From the NCBI GenBank assembly GCA_937934655.1, contig CALGZB010000245.1:13448-77447 (forward strand): a stretch of DNA of 64,000 bases. Direction: 5' to 3'. Source of the stretch: an uncultured Acidimicrobiales bacterium. GTDB lineage: Bacteria; Actinomycetota; Acidimicrobiia; Acidimicrobiales; SHLQ01. This document shows positions 53,271 to 62,066 of the stretch, piece by piece; positions within the stretch are counted from its first letter, which is position 1; every line of letters starts with the position of its first letter. A program made the position numbers and the translations under genes. The notes beneath the pieces are model-generated. The model did not search any database and had not been told where the DNA came from. It saw only the letters and a list, made by a program, of their open reading frames with translations.

Positions 53271-56200
53271 TTTGTTACTCCTTGGGGTTCGATTGTGGCC
53301 ACGATGTCGCCTGCATGAACCAGGTCTCCGGGCTTCACCCGCATCTCGATCACGTGTCCATCGACTCCGCTTGCAATCACCGTCTCCATTTTCATCGCCT
53401 CGATAATGGCGATGGTTTGCCCTTGGCTGATGGCGTCGCCCGCACTCACCTCGGTCATCCAAACAACTCCCGAAACGGGTGCTACTGCGATCGCAGCACC
53501 GTCGGGAATCGGCTGCTCGTCCGCGATCGGTTCGGGTTCAGAAACCGATGAGGCGATATCGATTCCCGCAGCGGCCCAGCGTTGCCGTTCTTCTTCGAAT
53601 GCCGCGTTGCGGCTTGTGGTGAATTCGGCGATGGATTCGGCATTGCTGTCGAGCTCGCGCAGATGATCGGCGACAGAGAAGGTTGTGTCAGAGATGTCAA
53701 AGGCAAACCGGCCGGCTTCGACATCGGCGCGGAGGTCGAGCAGTTCATCCGCCCCAACCTCGTACCAACGAATCTGGTCGAAGAATCGAAGGAGCCAAGG
53801 TTGTTCGTCGACGCCTGCGGATGTTCGGCGCTCCCATCGGTCCCAAACCGGCACGGTTCGGCCGACGAATTGATACCCGCCCGGGCCTTCCATGCCATAG
53901 ATACAAAGGTACGAACCGCCGATCCCCACCGAGTTCTCGGCGGTCCAAGTGCGTGCCGGGTTGTACTTCGTCGTCACCAGTCGGTGGCGCGGGTCGACCG
54001 GCGTCGCCACCGGGGCCCCCAAGTAGACGTCACCGAGACCGAGTACGAGATAACTGGCATCAAACACGATGCGTTTGACATCATCGACCGATTCGAGGCC
54101 GTTGATGCGACGAATGAACTCGATATTCCACGGGCACCACGGGGCGTCGGCGCGCACAGTCTGCATGTACTTCTCGGTTGCGAGTTTGGTAGCCGGGTCG
54201 TCCCAGGACAGCGGGAGATGCACGATACGGCTTGGAATTTCGAGCTTGCTGATATCGGCGAGGGACGCATCGAGGGCCAGCACTTCGCGCACCAGATCCG
54301 TCGGGCTCAAACGATCGGGGTCGAAGCCGATCTGCAGCGAACGGATCCCGGGGACCAGCTCGGCGATGCCGGGAAGCTCGGCCGAAATGACTGATTCCAT
54401 GAGTGCGCCCGCCCGTAGACGCAGCAGCATGTCGAGCACGTTTTCGCCGTACTCGACAAGGATATTTCGGTCGCCATCCCGCCGGATTGTAAGCCCGGGG
54501 TGACCATTTTCAGTCGGTCGACGCGCCAGAATGGGGTCCTCGGGTTGGGTGCGTCGGGTCGCCAAAGGGGCCGATGACCGAGCGGCAACCTGGTCGATCG
54601 GAACGAACTGGATCGTGTCGCCGGGTCGAGCCTGCCCGATCTTCCAGAACTCGTGTTCCGCGACCGTCGCTGGACAAACGAAGCCACCCAAACTGGGACC
54701 GTCTCGTCCGAGAACGATTGGCATATCGCCGGTGAAGTCGATGGTTCCTATGGCATAGGCATTGTCGTGAATGTTTGACGGGTGCAGGCCAGCTTCACCG
54801 CCATCGGGACGGGCCCACTCCGGTGCCGGCCCAACAAGCCGCACGCCTGTCCGGTCGGAGTTGAAATGGACCTGCCATGGCGTCGAGTACAAGGTTTCGA
54901 TGTCGGACGTCGTGAAGTAGTCGGGCGCTGCGTGTGGACCGGCAAGGACGCCAACCTGCCACGAGTTAGTGAGTTCCGGAAGTCGGTCGGCCTCGAGTGT
55001 TTGGCCGATCGGCGTTTGGCCACCGTGGAACCCGATGACGTCGCCGGCACGCAATGCTCGACCGGCATGCCCTCCGAATCCGCCGAGCACAAACGTCGAG
55101 GTGCTTCCGAGGTGGTCGGGTACGTCGAACCCGCCGGCGACGGCAAGAACTCCGCGCATTCCTGGGCCAGCTGCAGTGCCCAGTACCAGGGTGCTTCCAG
55201 CGGATGCTTGGGTCACCGTCCACGACGGCACGGGTCGGCCATCGAGGTGAGCCTCGAAGTCGGCGCCACCAAGAACAAAGCTCGTAGGCGAGCGAAAGAC
55301 AAGCGTTGGGCCGATGAGCGTTACTTCGAGCGCCGATGCGCCGACCGCGTTGCCCAGTAGTTCATTGGCGAGCCGATGCGAGTTGTCGTCCATTGGTCCA
55401 GAAGGCGGAACCCCTACGTTCCAGTAACCCAGCCGGCCCGGTAGGTCTTGAATCGTCGTGAAGAGACCACCGTCGAGCACCTGTATCTCGTTTGCGTTCC
55501 CAGGGGTGACGTCGAAGGTCCGGGTCGTTACGTTTCCGGCCGCGAACTCTTCGCTGTTGACCACGGCTTGGAGGTGGTGTCGATTCGAGGCAACTCCGCC
55601 AATCCGGGTGTTCTCCAAGGCTTCGCTCATGGCTGCGACCGCTTCAAACCTGGTGGCACGGTGTACCAACATTTTTCCGATGAGCGGGTCGTAGAAGGGT
55701 GAGATTTCAGTTCCTGCCTCGGCCCATCCGTCGTAGCGGACGTCGTCGGGTATCGAGAGTTCGGTCATCAGGCCCGAACTTGGGGCGAAGTCGGCGGCGG
55801 GGTCTTCGGCGTAAAGGCGGGCTTCGATCGCCCAGCCCTCAGGGACGGGCGGGCTGGCGAAACCATCAGGGGTTTGCCCTGCGGCGATGAGAATCATCCA
55901 CTCGACAAGGTCGATTCCGCGCACGAGCTCGGTGGCTCCGTGCTCCACTTGGAGACGCGTGTTTACCTCGAGGAACCAGGCATCGCCGCCGTCGGGTCTG
56001 TCGATGGTGTTGGCATCGACGACAAACTCGACGGTCCCGGCAGATTGATAGTTGACAAGCCGACCCAAGTCGCAGGCACTTTGGCAAAGTCGTTCTCGGA
56101 GTTGCGGTGAGATTCCAGGCGCTGGTGATTCTTCGATGACCTTCTGGTTGCGTCGTTGCGTCGAGCAGTCGCGTTCGCCAAGATGCACCACGTGGCCCTT

Positions 56201-56890
56201 TCCATCCCCCACGATCTGGACCTCGATGTGGCGTGCTCGTTCGACGAATCGCTCGACAAATACGGTGGGGTCGCCGAAGTTGTTGGCCGCAAGCCGGGCA
56301 ACCGACTCATAGGCTGGACCGACCTCGTCGGGGGTGTCGCAGCGACGCATGCCGATCCCACCGCCACCGGCCGATGCTTTGACCATCACCGGGAAGCCGA
56401 TGGTTTTCGCAGCATCAAGAGCTGAGGACAGGCCATCGACCGGATCGCTTCCTGGCACGAGCGCAACCCCGGCTTCGGCGGCAAGTTCGCGAGCCGTGTG
56501 TTTGAGTCCGAAGTTGCGTAGCTGATCGGGCGTCGGACCGATAAAGACCAGGCCGGCTGCGGCACAGGCGGTTGCGAAGTCGGCTGATTCGGACAAGAGC
56601 CCGTATCCGGGGTGCACGGCGTCGGCGCCGTTTGCGAGTGCTGCGTCGATGACCAAGTCGGCTCGTAGGTAACTCTCTGCGGGAGGTGACGCGCCGAGAT
56701 AGACCGCCGCGGTCGCTAACGAGACGTGACGGGCGAGTCGATCGGCGTCGGAGTAGACGGCCACCGATTCGATCCCGAGGCGGTCGAGGGTTGTGATGAT
56801 CCGGCAGGCGATTTCGCCACGGTTGGCGACGAGAACTCGTTTGAAAACCGCAGGAGACGCAGGAGACGCAAGAGGGACAGAAGGCGTCAT
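53267..56890 (-). CDS. Urea carboxylase-family biotin enzyme (biotin carboxylase, KipA/KipI-like carboxyltransferase, BCCP); gene context suggests guanidine carboxylase
   Basis: VLVANRGEIACRI and the ATP-grasp blocks, a large central AHS1/AHS2-like region, and the C-terminal biotinyl motif EAMKME. The ATG at 56890 overlaps the upstream stop. Confidence 0.85.
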   Translation of the reverse strand: MTPSVPLASPASPAVFKRVLVANRGEIACRIITTLDRLGIESVAVYSDADRLARHVSLATAAVYLGASPPAESYLRADLVIDAALANGADAVHPGYGLLSESADFATACAAAGLVFIGPTPDQLRNFGLKHTARELAAEAGVALVPGSDPVDGLSSALDAAKTIGFPVMVKASAGGGGIGMRRCDTPDEVGPAYESVARLAANNFGDPTVFVERFVERARHIEVQIVGDGKGHVVHLGERDCSTQRRNQKVIEESPAPGISPQLRERLCQSACDLGRLVNYQSAGTVEFVVDANTIDRPDGGDAWFLEVNTRLQVEHGATELVRGIDLVEWMILIAAGQTPDGFASPPVPEGWAIEARLYAEDPAADFAPSSGLMTELSIPDDVRYDGWAEAGTEISPFYDPLIGKMLVHRATRFEAVAAMSEALENTRIGGVASNRHHLQAVVNSEEFAAGNVTTRTFDVTPGNANEIQVLDGGLFTTIQDLPGRLGYWNVGVPPSGPMDDNSHRLANELLGNAVGASALEVTLIGPTLVFRSPTSFVLGGADFEAHLDGRPVPSWTVTQASAGSTLVLGTAAGPGMRGVLAVAGGFDVPDHLGSTSTFVLGGFGGHAGRALRAGDVIGFHGGQTPIGQTLEADRLPELTNSWQVGVLAGPHAAPDYFTTSDIETLYSTPWQVHFNSDRTGVRLVGPAPEWARPDGGEAGLHPSNIHDNAYAIGTIDFTGDMPIVLGRDGPSLGGFVCPATVAEHEFWKIGQARPGDTIQFVPIDQVAARSSAPLATRRTQPEDPILARRPTENGHPGLTIRRDGDRNILVEYGENVLDMLLRLRAGALMESVISAELPGIAELVPGIRSLQIGFDPDRLSPTDLVREVLALDASLADISKLEIPSRIVHLPLSWDDPATKLATEKYMQTVRADAPWCPWNIEFIRRINGLESVDDVKRIVFDASYLVLGLGDVYLGAPVATPVDPRHRLVTTKYNPARTWTAENSVGIGGSYLCIYGMEGPGGYQFVGRTVPVWDRWERRTSAGVDEQPWLLRFFDQIRWYEVGADELLDLRADVEAGRFAFDISDTTFSVADHLRELDSNAESIAEFTTSRNAAFEEERQRWAAAGIDIASSVSEPEPIADEQPIPDGAAIAVAPVSGVVWMTEVSAGDAISQGQTIAIIEAMKMETVIASGVDGHVIEMRVKPGDLVHAGDIVATIEPQGVTK

Positions 56891-57522
56891 CAAACCGAGT
56901 TCGAGACGATCATCTGCACAGCCGACGGGTTGAACCCGTTGCAGGGGTTGTTGATCTGTGGGCAGTTCGACACGACCACGATCACGTCCATCTCGGCACG
57001 AAGGTCAACGGTGAGTCCAGGCGCTGAGATGCCGTCGACGATGCCTAGGGAACCATCAGGTTCAACGGGCACGTTCATAAAGAAGTTGATATTGGGCACC
57101 ATGTCTCGTTTTCCCATATCGCGACCGATGTGATCGAGAAGGAAGTTGTCAACGCACGCGTGTTGATGGTTGGTGTGATGTCCGTAGCGCAAGGAGTTGG
57201 ATTCTCTGGAACACGCCCCGCCGACGGTGTCGTGGCGTTCGACGGTTGAGTCGACGATGGTCATCATCGGGTTGCCTTCGTTGGATCGCAGGATGGATCC
57301 GGTGGTGAGGTACACGTTGCTCTGTGCGCTCATCGTTTCGGCTGCGCCATAGCGTTCGAGCTCGTCGTCGGCTGCGTACAGGAGAAAGTCGACAGCCTGG
57401 TTTCCTTCGAGGTCGACGATGCGAAGTTGTTGGCCGCGTCGAATCGTTGCCGACCAAGGTGCTCGGGCCTCAACCGTTTGGGAAACCTTGCTGGATGTGT
57501 TCGTGGTTGTGGTTGTGCTCAT
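56890..57522 (-). CDS. Urea-carboxylase-associated protein 2 (DUF1989; CgdB-like)
   Basis: Paralogous to the next gene. Size and position match the pair of DUF1989 genes that accompany these carboxylases. Confidence 0.7.
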   Translation of the reverse strand: MSTTTTTNTSSKVSQTVEARAPWSATIRRGQQLRIVDLEGNQAVDFLLYAADDELERYGAAETMSAQSNVYLTTGSILRSNEGNPMMTIVDSTVERHDTVGGACSRESNSLRYGHHTNHQHACVDNFLLDHIGRDMGKRDMVPNINFFMNVPVEPDGSLGIVDGISAPGLTVDLRAEMDVIVVVSNCPQINNPCNGFNPSAVQMIVSNSV

Positions 57523-58352
57523 TGCGATCCTCCAACGGGCGCGAGTTCGGTGCGGGTCCGGAACCAGTCTTCGGCGTTCTCATACGCCCTCTGTGATTCC
57601 GGTGTGGCGGTGCGGATTGGATCGTCCTCTGCGGTCGGGGCACCGATTCGAGCCGTGATCTCAAGTGGCGAAACGATGTAGTCGGTTCGAGGGTCAAGCA
57701 CATGGGGCGTCACCGTGAGGGCAACGAGCACGTCCATCTCGGCACGCAGCACAACTTCAGCACCTACGGGAGACTCATCGCCTCGCCAGGTGAACGAACC
57801 ATCGGGTTCGACAAAGACCGATTTGAACAAGTTGACCGAAGGGCCGACGTCGCGCTTGCCAAGGCCGGCTTTGGTGAGCGCAACGGCGAAGCGGTCTCGA
57901 GCGTTCGGGGTTGGGCCGTGGACGCCACCATCTCCGTATTTGGCCTCGTTCCAGGCTCGGTTCGACATGGCGTTGAACGTGTCGTGCCCAGCTGCAGTGT
58001 CGGATTCGAAGGACAGCAGCACCCGCCCCATATCCGAGAGCAAGAGTTGCCCGGCCCCCAAGTAGGCCTGCCATTGCACTTTCACAGTGTCGGGCACGTT
58101 GAGTCGTTCGGCTCGCTGGTGGTGGTTGAACACCAGCAGTTGGACTGAGGTGTCGCCTTCAGGGTCGACCAGGTGAAGCCGTGTTCCTCGGGGCAGGACA
58201 CGTACCGAGTAGTTGCCGGCCTCGACGGTTTCTTTCCACAGAACGTTGGGTTCGGTGAGCGGAACGGTGCGTTGGAAGCGCTCGTCGGCTGCTGATGCTT
58301 GAGCTCGTGCGTGAGCACGGGCTGCGGTGGTTGTGGCGGTTTCACTACTCAT
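57519..58352 (-). CDS. Urea-carboxylase-associated protein 1 (DUF1989; CgdA-like)
   Basis: Same family as the downstream paralog. 4-nt and 8-nt overlaps with its neighbours. Confidence 0.7.
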   Translation of the reverse strand: MSSETATTTAARAHARAQASAADERFQRTVPLTEPNVLWKETVEAGNYSVRVLPRGTRLHLVDPEGDTSVQLLVFNHHQRAERLNVPDTVKVQWQAYLGAGQLLLSDMGRVLLSFESDTAAGHDTFNAMSNRAWNEAKYGDGGVHGPTPNARDRFAVALTKAGLGKRDVGPSVNLFKSVFVEPDGSFTWRGDESPVGAEVVLRAEMDVLVALTVTPHVLDPRTDYIVSPLEITARIGAPTAEDDPIRTATPESQRAYENAEDWFRTRTELAPVGGSQ

Positions 58353-59184
58353 GGCTGGTTCCGGTCATGCTTTCGGGTTGCGTCGCCGACTGGTCGTGCA
58401 ACATGTCTTCGATCTCGTCGACGAGGTCGAGGAATCGGGGATCTCTTTTGGTCATTGGGCCGCGAACCGCTCCGAATGGAACGTCGATGATTTCGGCGAG
58501 CCGTCCAGGGTGCGGGGTCATCACGCAGATCCGCTGGCTGAGGTAGATCGCCTCGGGGACGTCGTGGGTCACCATGAGGATCGTCGTTCCGGTGCGGAGC
58601 CAGACGATCCGAAGGAACTCCTGCAAGCTGCGCTTTGTCATCGCATCGAGCGCACCAAACGGTTCATCGAGCAGGAGAACGTCGGGTGAAGGAGCAAGTG
58701 CCCGGGCGATCGCTACTCGCTGGCGCATTCCGCCCGACAACTCTTTCGGAAGCCGATCGGCGAACTCGGTGAGTTCCATCACGCCGAGGAGTTCTTTGAC
58801 CCGCTCTTGGCGTTCGGGTTTGGGCATCTTGGCGATCTCGAGTCCAAATGCCACATTTTCAGCGACGGTTTTCCAGGGATAGAGCGAATACGCCTGGAAC
58901 ACCATTCCGCGGTCCGGGCCCGGGCCAATCACCGGTTCGCCATCGATCTCGATCGCTCCGGAGGTGGCCGTCTCGAGTCCGCTCACGATGTTGAGAAGTG
59001 TCGACTTTCCGCAGCCGGATGCACCGACGATGCAAACGAACTCGCCTTGGGAGACGGTGAAGCTCACGTCGTCGATTGCTCGAACGGTGGTTGCCGAGCG
59101 AGCCGAGTTTCCGACCTGAAAGTCTTTGAACAGGTTGCGGATCGCTACCTTTGGCGCGGTTTGCCGGAACGTTGTCGAACTCAT
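58345..59184 (-). CDS. ABC transporter ATP-binding protein (NitT/TauT family)
   Basis: Walker A GASGCGKST, signature LSGGMRQRVAIARAL and Walker B LLLDEPFGALD. Confidence 0.9.
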   Translation of the reverse strand: MSSTTFRQTAPKVAIRNLFKDFQVGNSARSATTVRAIDDVSFTVSQGEFVCIVGASGCGKSTLLNIVSGLETATSGAIEIDGEPVIGPGPDRGMVFQAYSLYPWKTVAENVAFGLEIAKMPKPERQERVKELLGVMELTEFADRLPKELSGGMRQRVAIARALAPSPDVLLLDEPFGALDAMTKRSLQEFLRIVWLRTGTTILMVTHDVPEAIYLSQRICVMTPHPGRLAEIIDVPFGAVRGPMTKRDPRFLDLVDEIEDMLHDQSATQPESMTGTSHE

Positions 59185-60060
59185 CTAGTCCCTCGCCCAC
59201 TGAGCCGAACGATTTCGCATCGCACGGAGCGCAAAGTCGCTGGCGATACCGAGAAGTCCAAACACAAGAAGTAGGGCAAACATCCGGTCGATGCGACGGA
59301 ACCGTTGCGCTCGAATGATGCGGAAGGCCAGACCTTCCTGAGCAGCGAGCAGTTCGGCAACGACGAGCATCAGCCATGCAGCGGCGAGGTTGATACGGGC
59401 AACATCGATCATTCCCGGCCAGGCGTGCGGAAAGATGACGCGCCGCAGCACGGTCCGTCGGCTAGCTCCGAGCGTGTAGGACGCCTTGATCAGTTCGTTA
59501 GGGACCGCGCGCACCACGTCGGCCACCATCAAGATGTTGTAGAAGACCGTGCCGACGACGACGAGCGCAATCTTTGGGGCTTCATCGATGCCGAGCCAGA
59601 TGAGAAACAGCGGCGTCAGCGCGGTCGCCGGGACATAACGAAGAAACCCGAATTGTGGTTCGAAGAAGGCGTCGATTGAAGCGAAGCTGCCAATCATCAT
59701 GCCGAAGAACACGCCGATGATGATGCTGATCGAGTAGCCAATGGCGACCCGTCGAGTGCTGGCTAGGAAGTCGGGCCAGAGCGTTCCGTCCCGAGCCATC
59801 TCGACCAGAGCGTTCCAGGTAGCAGCGATCGTTGGTATGGCGAAGCCTTCGCCGGCAAAGATCGTCGAGGCGAGTCCCCAAAGTCCGAGGAGGCACACTA
59901 CGCCGGCCACAACTGCCGCCGAGCGGGTGCTGGCGGGGATGTCGCCACGGAGCCGAAGAAGGCTCCCTTGGCGGGTGCCCCGCCCGTCCGAGGATCCAAG
60001 TTTCGTGGAAGGCTCGGACGGACCATTGGCCCGTGGAATTGTGATGTCGCTGGCGGTCAT
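59185..60060 (-). CDS. ABC transporter permease (NitT/TauT family)
   Basis: Six TM helices and an EAA-like loop (SYTLGASRRTVLRRVIFPHAWPG). Confidence 0.85.
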   Translation of the reverse strand: MTASDITIPRANGPSEPSTKLGSSDGRGTRQGSLLRLRGDIPASTRSAAVVAGVVCLLGLWGLASTIFAGEGFAIPTIAATWNALVEMARDGTLWPDFLASTRRVAIGYSISIIIGVFFGMMIGSFASIDAFFEPQFGFLRYVPATALTPLFLIWLGIDEAPKIALVVVGTVFYNILMVADVVRAVPNELIKASYTLGASRRTVLRRVIFPHAWPGMIDVARINLAAAWLMLVVAELLAAQEGLAFRIIRAQRFRRIDRMFALLLVFGLLGIASDFALRAMRNRSAQWARD

Positions 60061-60087
60061 GGATCCCCCTGATTCCTCGGAGTTCCT

Positions 60088-61182
60088 TTAGCCGCCCATC
60101 CGCTCAAACCAGTTCTGGGTGAAGCTGCCATCGAGTAGGCCCTCAAGCGGGGCCTCGCTCTCGGTAAACCCTGACTCCACAAGGAAGGGGTTGATGAGGC
60201 CTGCGGTGTAGGCGAGCGATGCGGTGGTGTCGCCGTCTTCAAATGCGGCGAGTGCATCCTCGACGCTAAACAACGTGGTGCCTTCGGCGAACTCGAGGTA
60301 ATCCTCAACCGATGTCTCGGCAGTGGCAGCCATGATCTCGAGCGACTTCTCGGGGTTGGCGTCCATGTATTCCATCGTGAGGTACCAGGCATCGACAAGC
60401 TTCTGCACAGCTACGGGGTTGTCACCCACGATTTCGCTTGTGGCGACGATGGCGTCGGGTATCAGGCCGGGGAAGTCGGCCGAGCTAAAGACCTCGGCTG
60501 ATCCTTCACGTTCAAGGGCGGTAAGCCAGAACGGTGCGAATACGCCGACACAGTCAAACTCGCCTGCGGCGAAGCTTGCTGCTGCGGCATCGGTAAGGAC
60601 ACCCCGGAAGTCGATATCGGCTTCGGAGAGGCCCACCGATTCGAGTCCCTGCACCAGTAGGAAGTGGTCGACCACTCCAGCCTCAGCGGCGATAGTTGCG
60701 CCTGCCATCTCCTCGATCGATGTGATCGATTCATCGCAGATGATCTTGTCGTTGCCGGTTGAGTTGTCGTTAACAACGACGACGGTTTGCTCGCTGCCGA
60801 AGGCCACGCTGGCCATGGTGTCGCTCAGAGTCTGGGTGACGAAGTCGAGTTCGCCGAGGGCCATTGCGTCGATACTGGCGATGTAGTCGGCGAAGAATAT
60901 GAGCTCGACATCGAGCCCAACCTCTTCGAAGATGCCGGCTTCTTGGGTTATCGCAAGGGGGAACCAGCCTGGCCATGCAGAGTAGCCAACGGTGATCGAA
61001 TCCATCTCCATGGCGGCTTCGGTCTCTTCGGCCTCCGGTGTTTCCTCGGTCTCTTCGGCCTCGGCGGCATCGGTGGTGGTCTCTTCGGTTGCGCTCGTGT
61101 CGGCGGCATCCGAGCCGCAGGCCGCAGCGAGGAGGGCAAGCGCTGTAAGTAGCGCAATGAGAAGTGTTGGTAATCGGTTCAT
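60088..61182 (-). CDS. ABC transporter substrate-binding lipoprotein (NMT1/SsuA-like)
   Basis: Lipobox LLAAACGS, an acidic Thr/Glu linker, then a periplasmic-binding fold (VGYSAWPGWFPL). Confidence 0.8.
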   Translation of the reverse strand: MNRLPTLLIALLTALALLAAACGSDAADTSATEETTTDAAEAEETEETPEAEETEAAMEMDSITVGYSAWPGWFPLAITQEAGIFEEVGLDVELIFFADYIASIDAMALGELDFVTQTLSDTMASVAFGSEQTVVVVNDNSTGNDKIICDESITSIEEMAGATIAAEAGVVDHFLLVQGLESVGLSEADIDFRGVLTDAAAASFAAGEFDCVGVFAPFWLTALEREGSAEVFSSADFPGLIPDAIVATSEIVGDNPVAVQKLVDAWYLTMEYMDANPEKSLEIMAATAETSVEDYLEFAEGTTLFSVEDALAAFEDGDTTASLAYTAGLINPFLVESGFTESEAPLEGLLDGSFTQNWFERMGG

Positions 61183-61233
61183 CGTTATGGCTTTCCCGTT
61201 GACGTAGGGGCCAATGTAGGAACCGCGTGTTTC

Positions 61234-61252
61234 TATCGAATTTCATTCGAAA
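61234..61252. promoter_or_regulatory. AT-rich inverted repeat TCGAAT-TTC-ATTCGA in the leader of the transporter/carboxylase operon; candidate operator
   Basis: Arms at 61236-61241 and 61245-61250. It lies 55-70 nt upstream of the substrate-binding-protein start and 40 nt downstream of the TetR stop. Confidence 0.4.
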
Positions 61253-61292
61253 TAAGGGCGAGAGTCCATCGCGTTTCCGGAAGATGTCGCGA

Positions 61293-62024
61293 CTAGCCCA
61301 ACTCGACGGGCGGTCGAATCAATGCTGCGGTATCGCTTCCGATGGCCTCGACGAGCGACGTATCGAGGAGGAGGCCACGCAGCGCCAGGTCGGCGACGAA
61401 CAAGCCGACGTCGTCGGCGGACCGATCGGTCACGTCGTCGCCAGTGATTGGCGCTCGAAACCAGTTCTGAACTGCCTCGTCGTTGGAGAGGATCGTAAGA
61501 GCGCTCAAGGCCGGGTCGACTTCACGGAAATCGCCGGCCTCGATTCCTTGGTGAACGACCTCTTCGACGAACTGGATCAACCGGCGACGGTCGGCCCAGT
61601 AGTCAGCGAAAAGGTCGCGTTCGTCGGCGGCCAGACGATGTACTTCGTTGATGTCAAACGGAAACTCGCAGAGTGCTGCAGCGTCGTTTCGGACAAAGGC
61701 ATGCAAACGTCGCGGCGCATCGTCGAACATCTCGCCAACCTGCGCAGCGATGGCCAAGGGAACCCGGTTGACGTCGTCGACGATGCGCTCGAGGATCTCG
61801 TGTTTGTTGGCAAAGTAGTAGTAGATCGACGAGACGCCGAGACCAACCTCGTCGGCGACCTCGGCCATGGTTGTGGCGGTTACTCCTTGGCGGGCAAAGA
61901 GCCTGGCTGCTGCGCCAACAATCGCAAGGTCGACCGGCCCGGTATCGCCCCGCGCGGTCTTGCGTGGTCGTCCGGCCCCGCTCTTTCTCGTTCGAGGTCG
62001 TTCGGAATAGCGTCGCGCAGCCAC
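61293..62024 (-). CDS. TetR-family transcriptional regulator
   Basis: HTH AIVGAAARLFARQGVTATTMAEVADEVGLGVSSIYYYFANK. I prefer the GTG at 62024 because the longer ORF-track start (62285) would add about 87 non-TetR-like residues. Confidence 0.8.
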   Translation of the reverse strand: MAARRYSERPRTRKSGAGRPRKTARGDTGPVDLAIVGAAARLFARQGVTATTMAEVADEVGLGVSSIYYYFANKHEILERIVDDVNRVPLAIAAQVGEMFDDAPRRLHAFVRNDAAALCEFPFDINEVHRLAADERDLFADYWADRRRLIQFVEEVVHQGIEAGDFREVDPALSALTILSNDEAVQNWFRAPITGDDVTDRSADDVGLFVADLALRGLLLDTSLVEAIGSDTAALIRPPVELG

Positions 62025-62066
62025 ACTTGCAACGTACCAACTTCGGCGGCCGCGGCTCTCGTCGGT

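Noticed and set aside
61183-61292. Guanidine-I/II/III riboswitch upstream of the carboxylase/transporter operon
   Set aside because: By eye the leader lacks the conserved ykkC cores (GGUCCGAGAG; ACGGCGGGA...GCCCGGGAGA) and lacks paired GC-stem hairpins with ACGR loops. This should still be confirmed with covariance models.
61227-62066. The 5' third of the 760-aa plus-strand ORF 61227..63509
   Set aside because: It lies antisense to a well-supported TetR gene (clear HTH on the minus strand) and has no recognisable features of its own. Long antisense ORFs are expected in GC-rich DNA. Only the part from the ATG at 62067 is kept as a gene.
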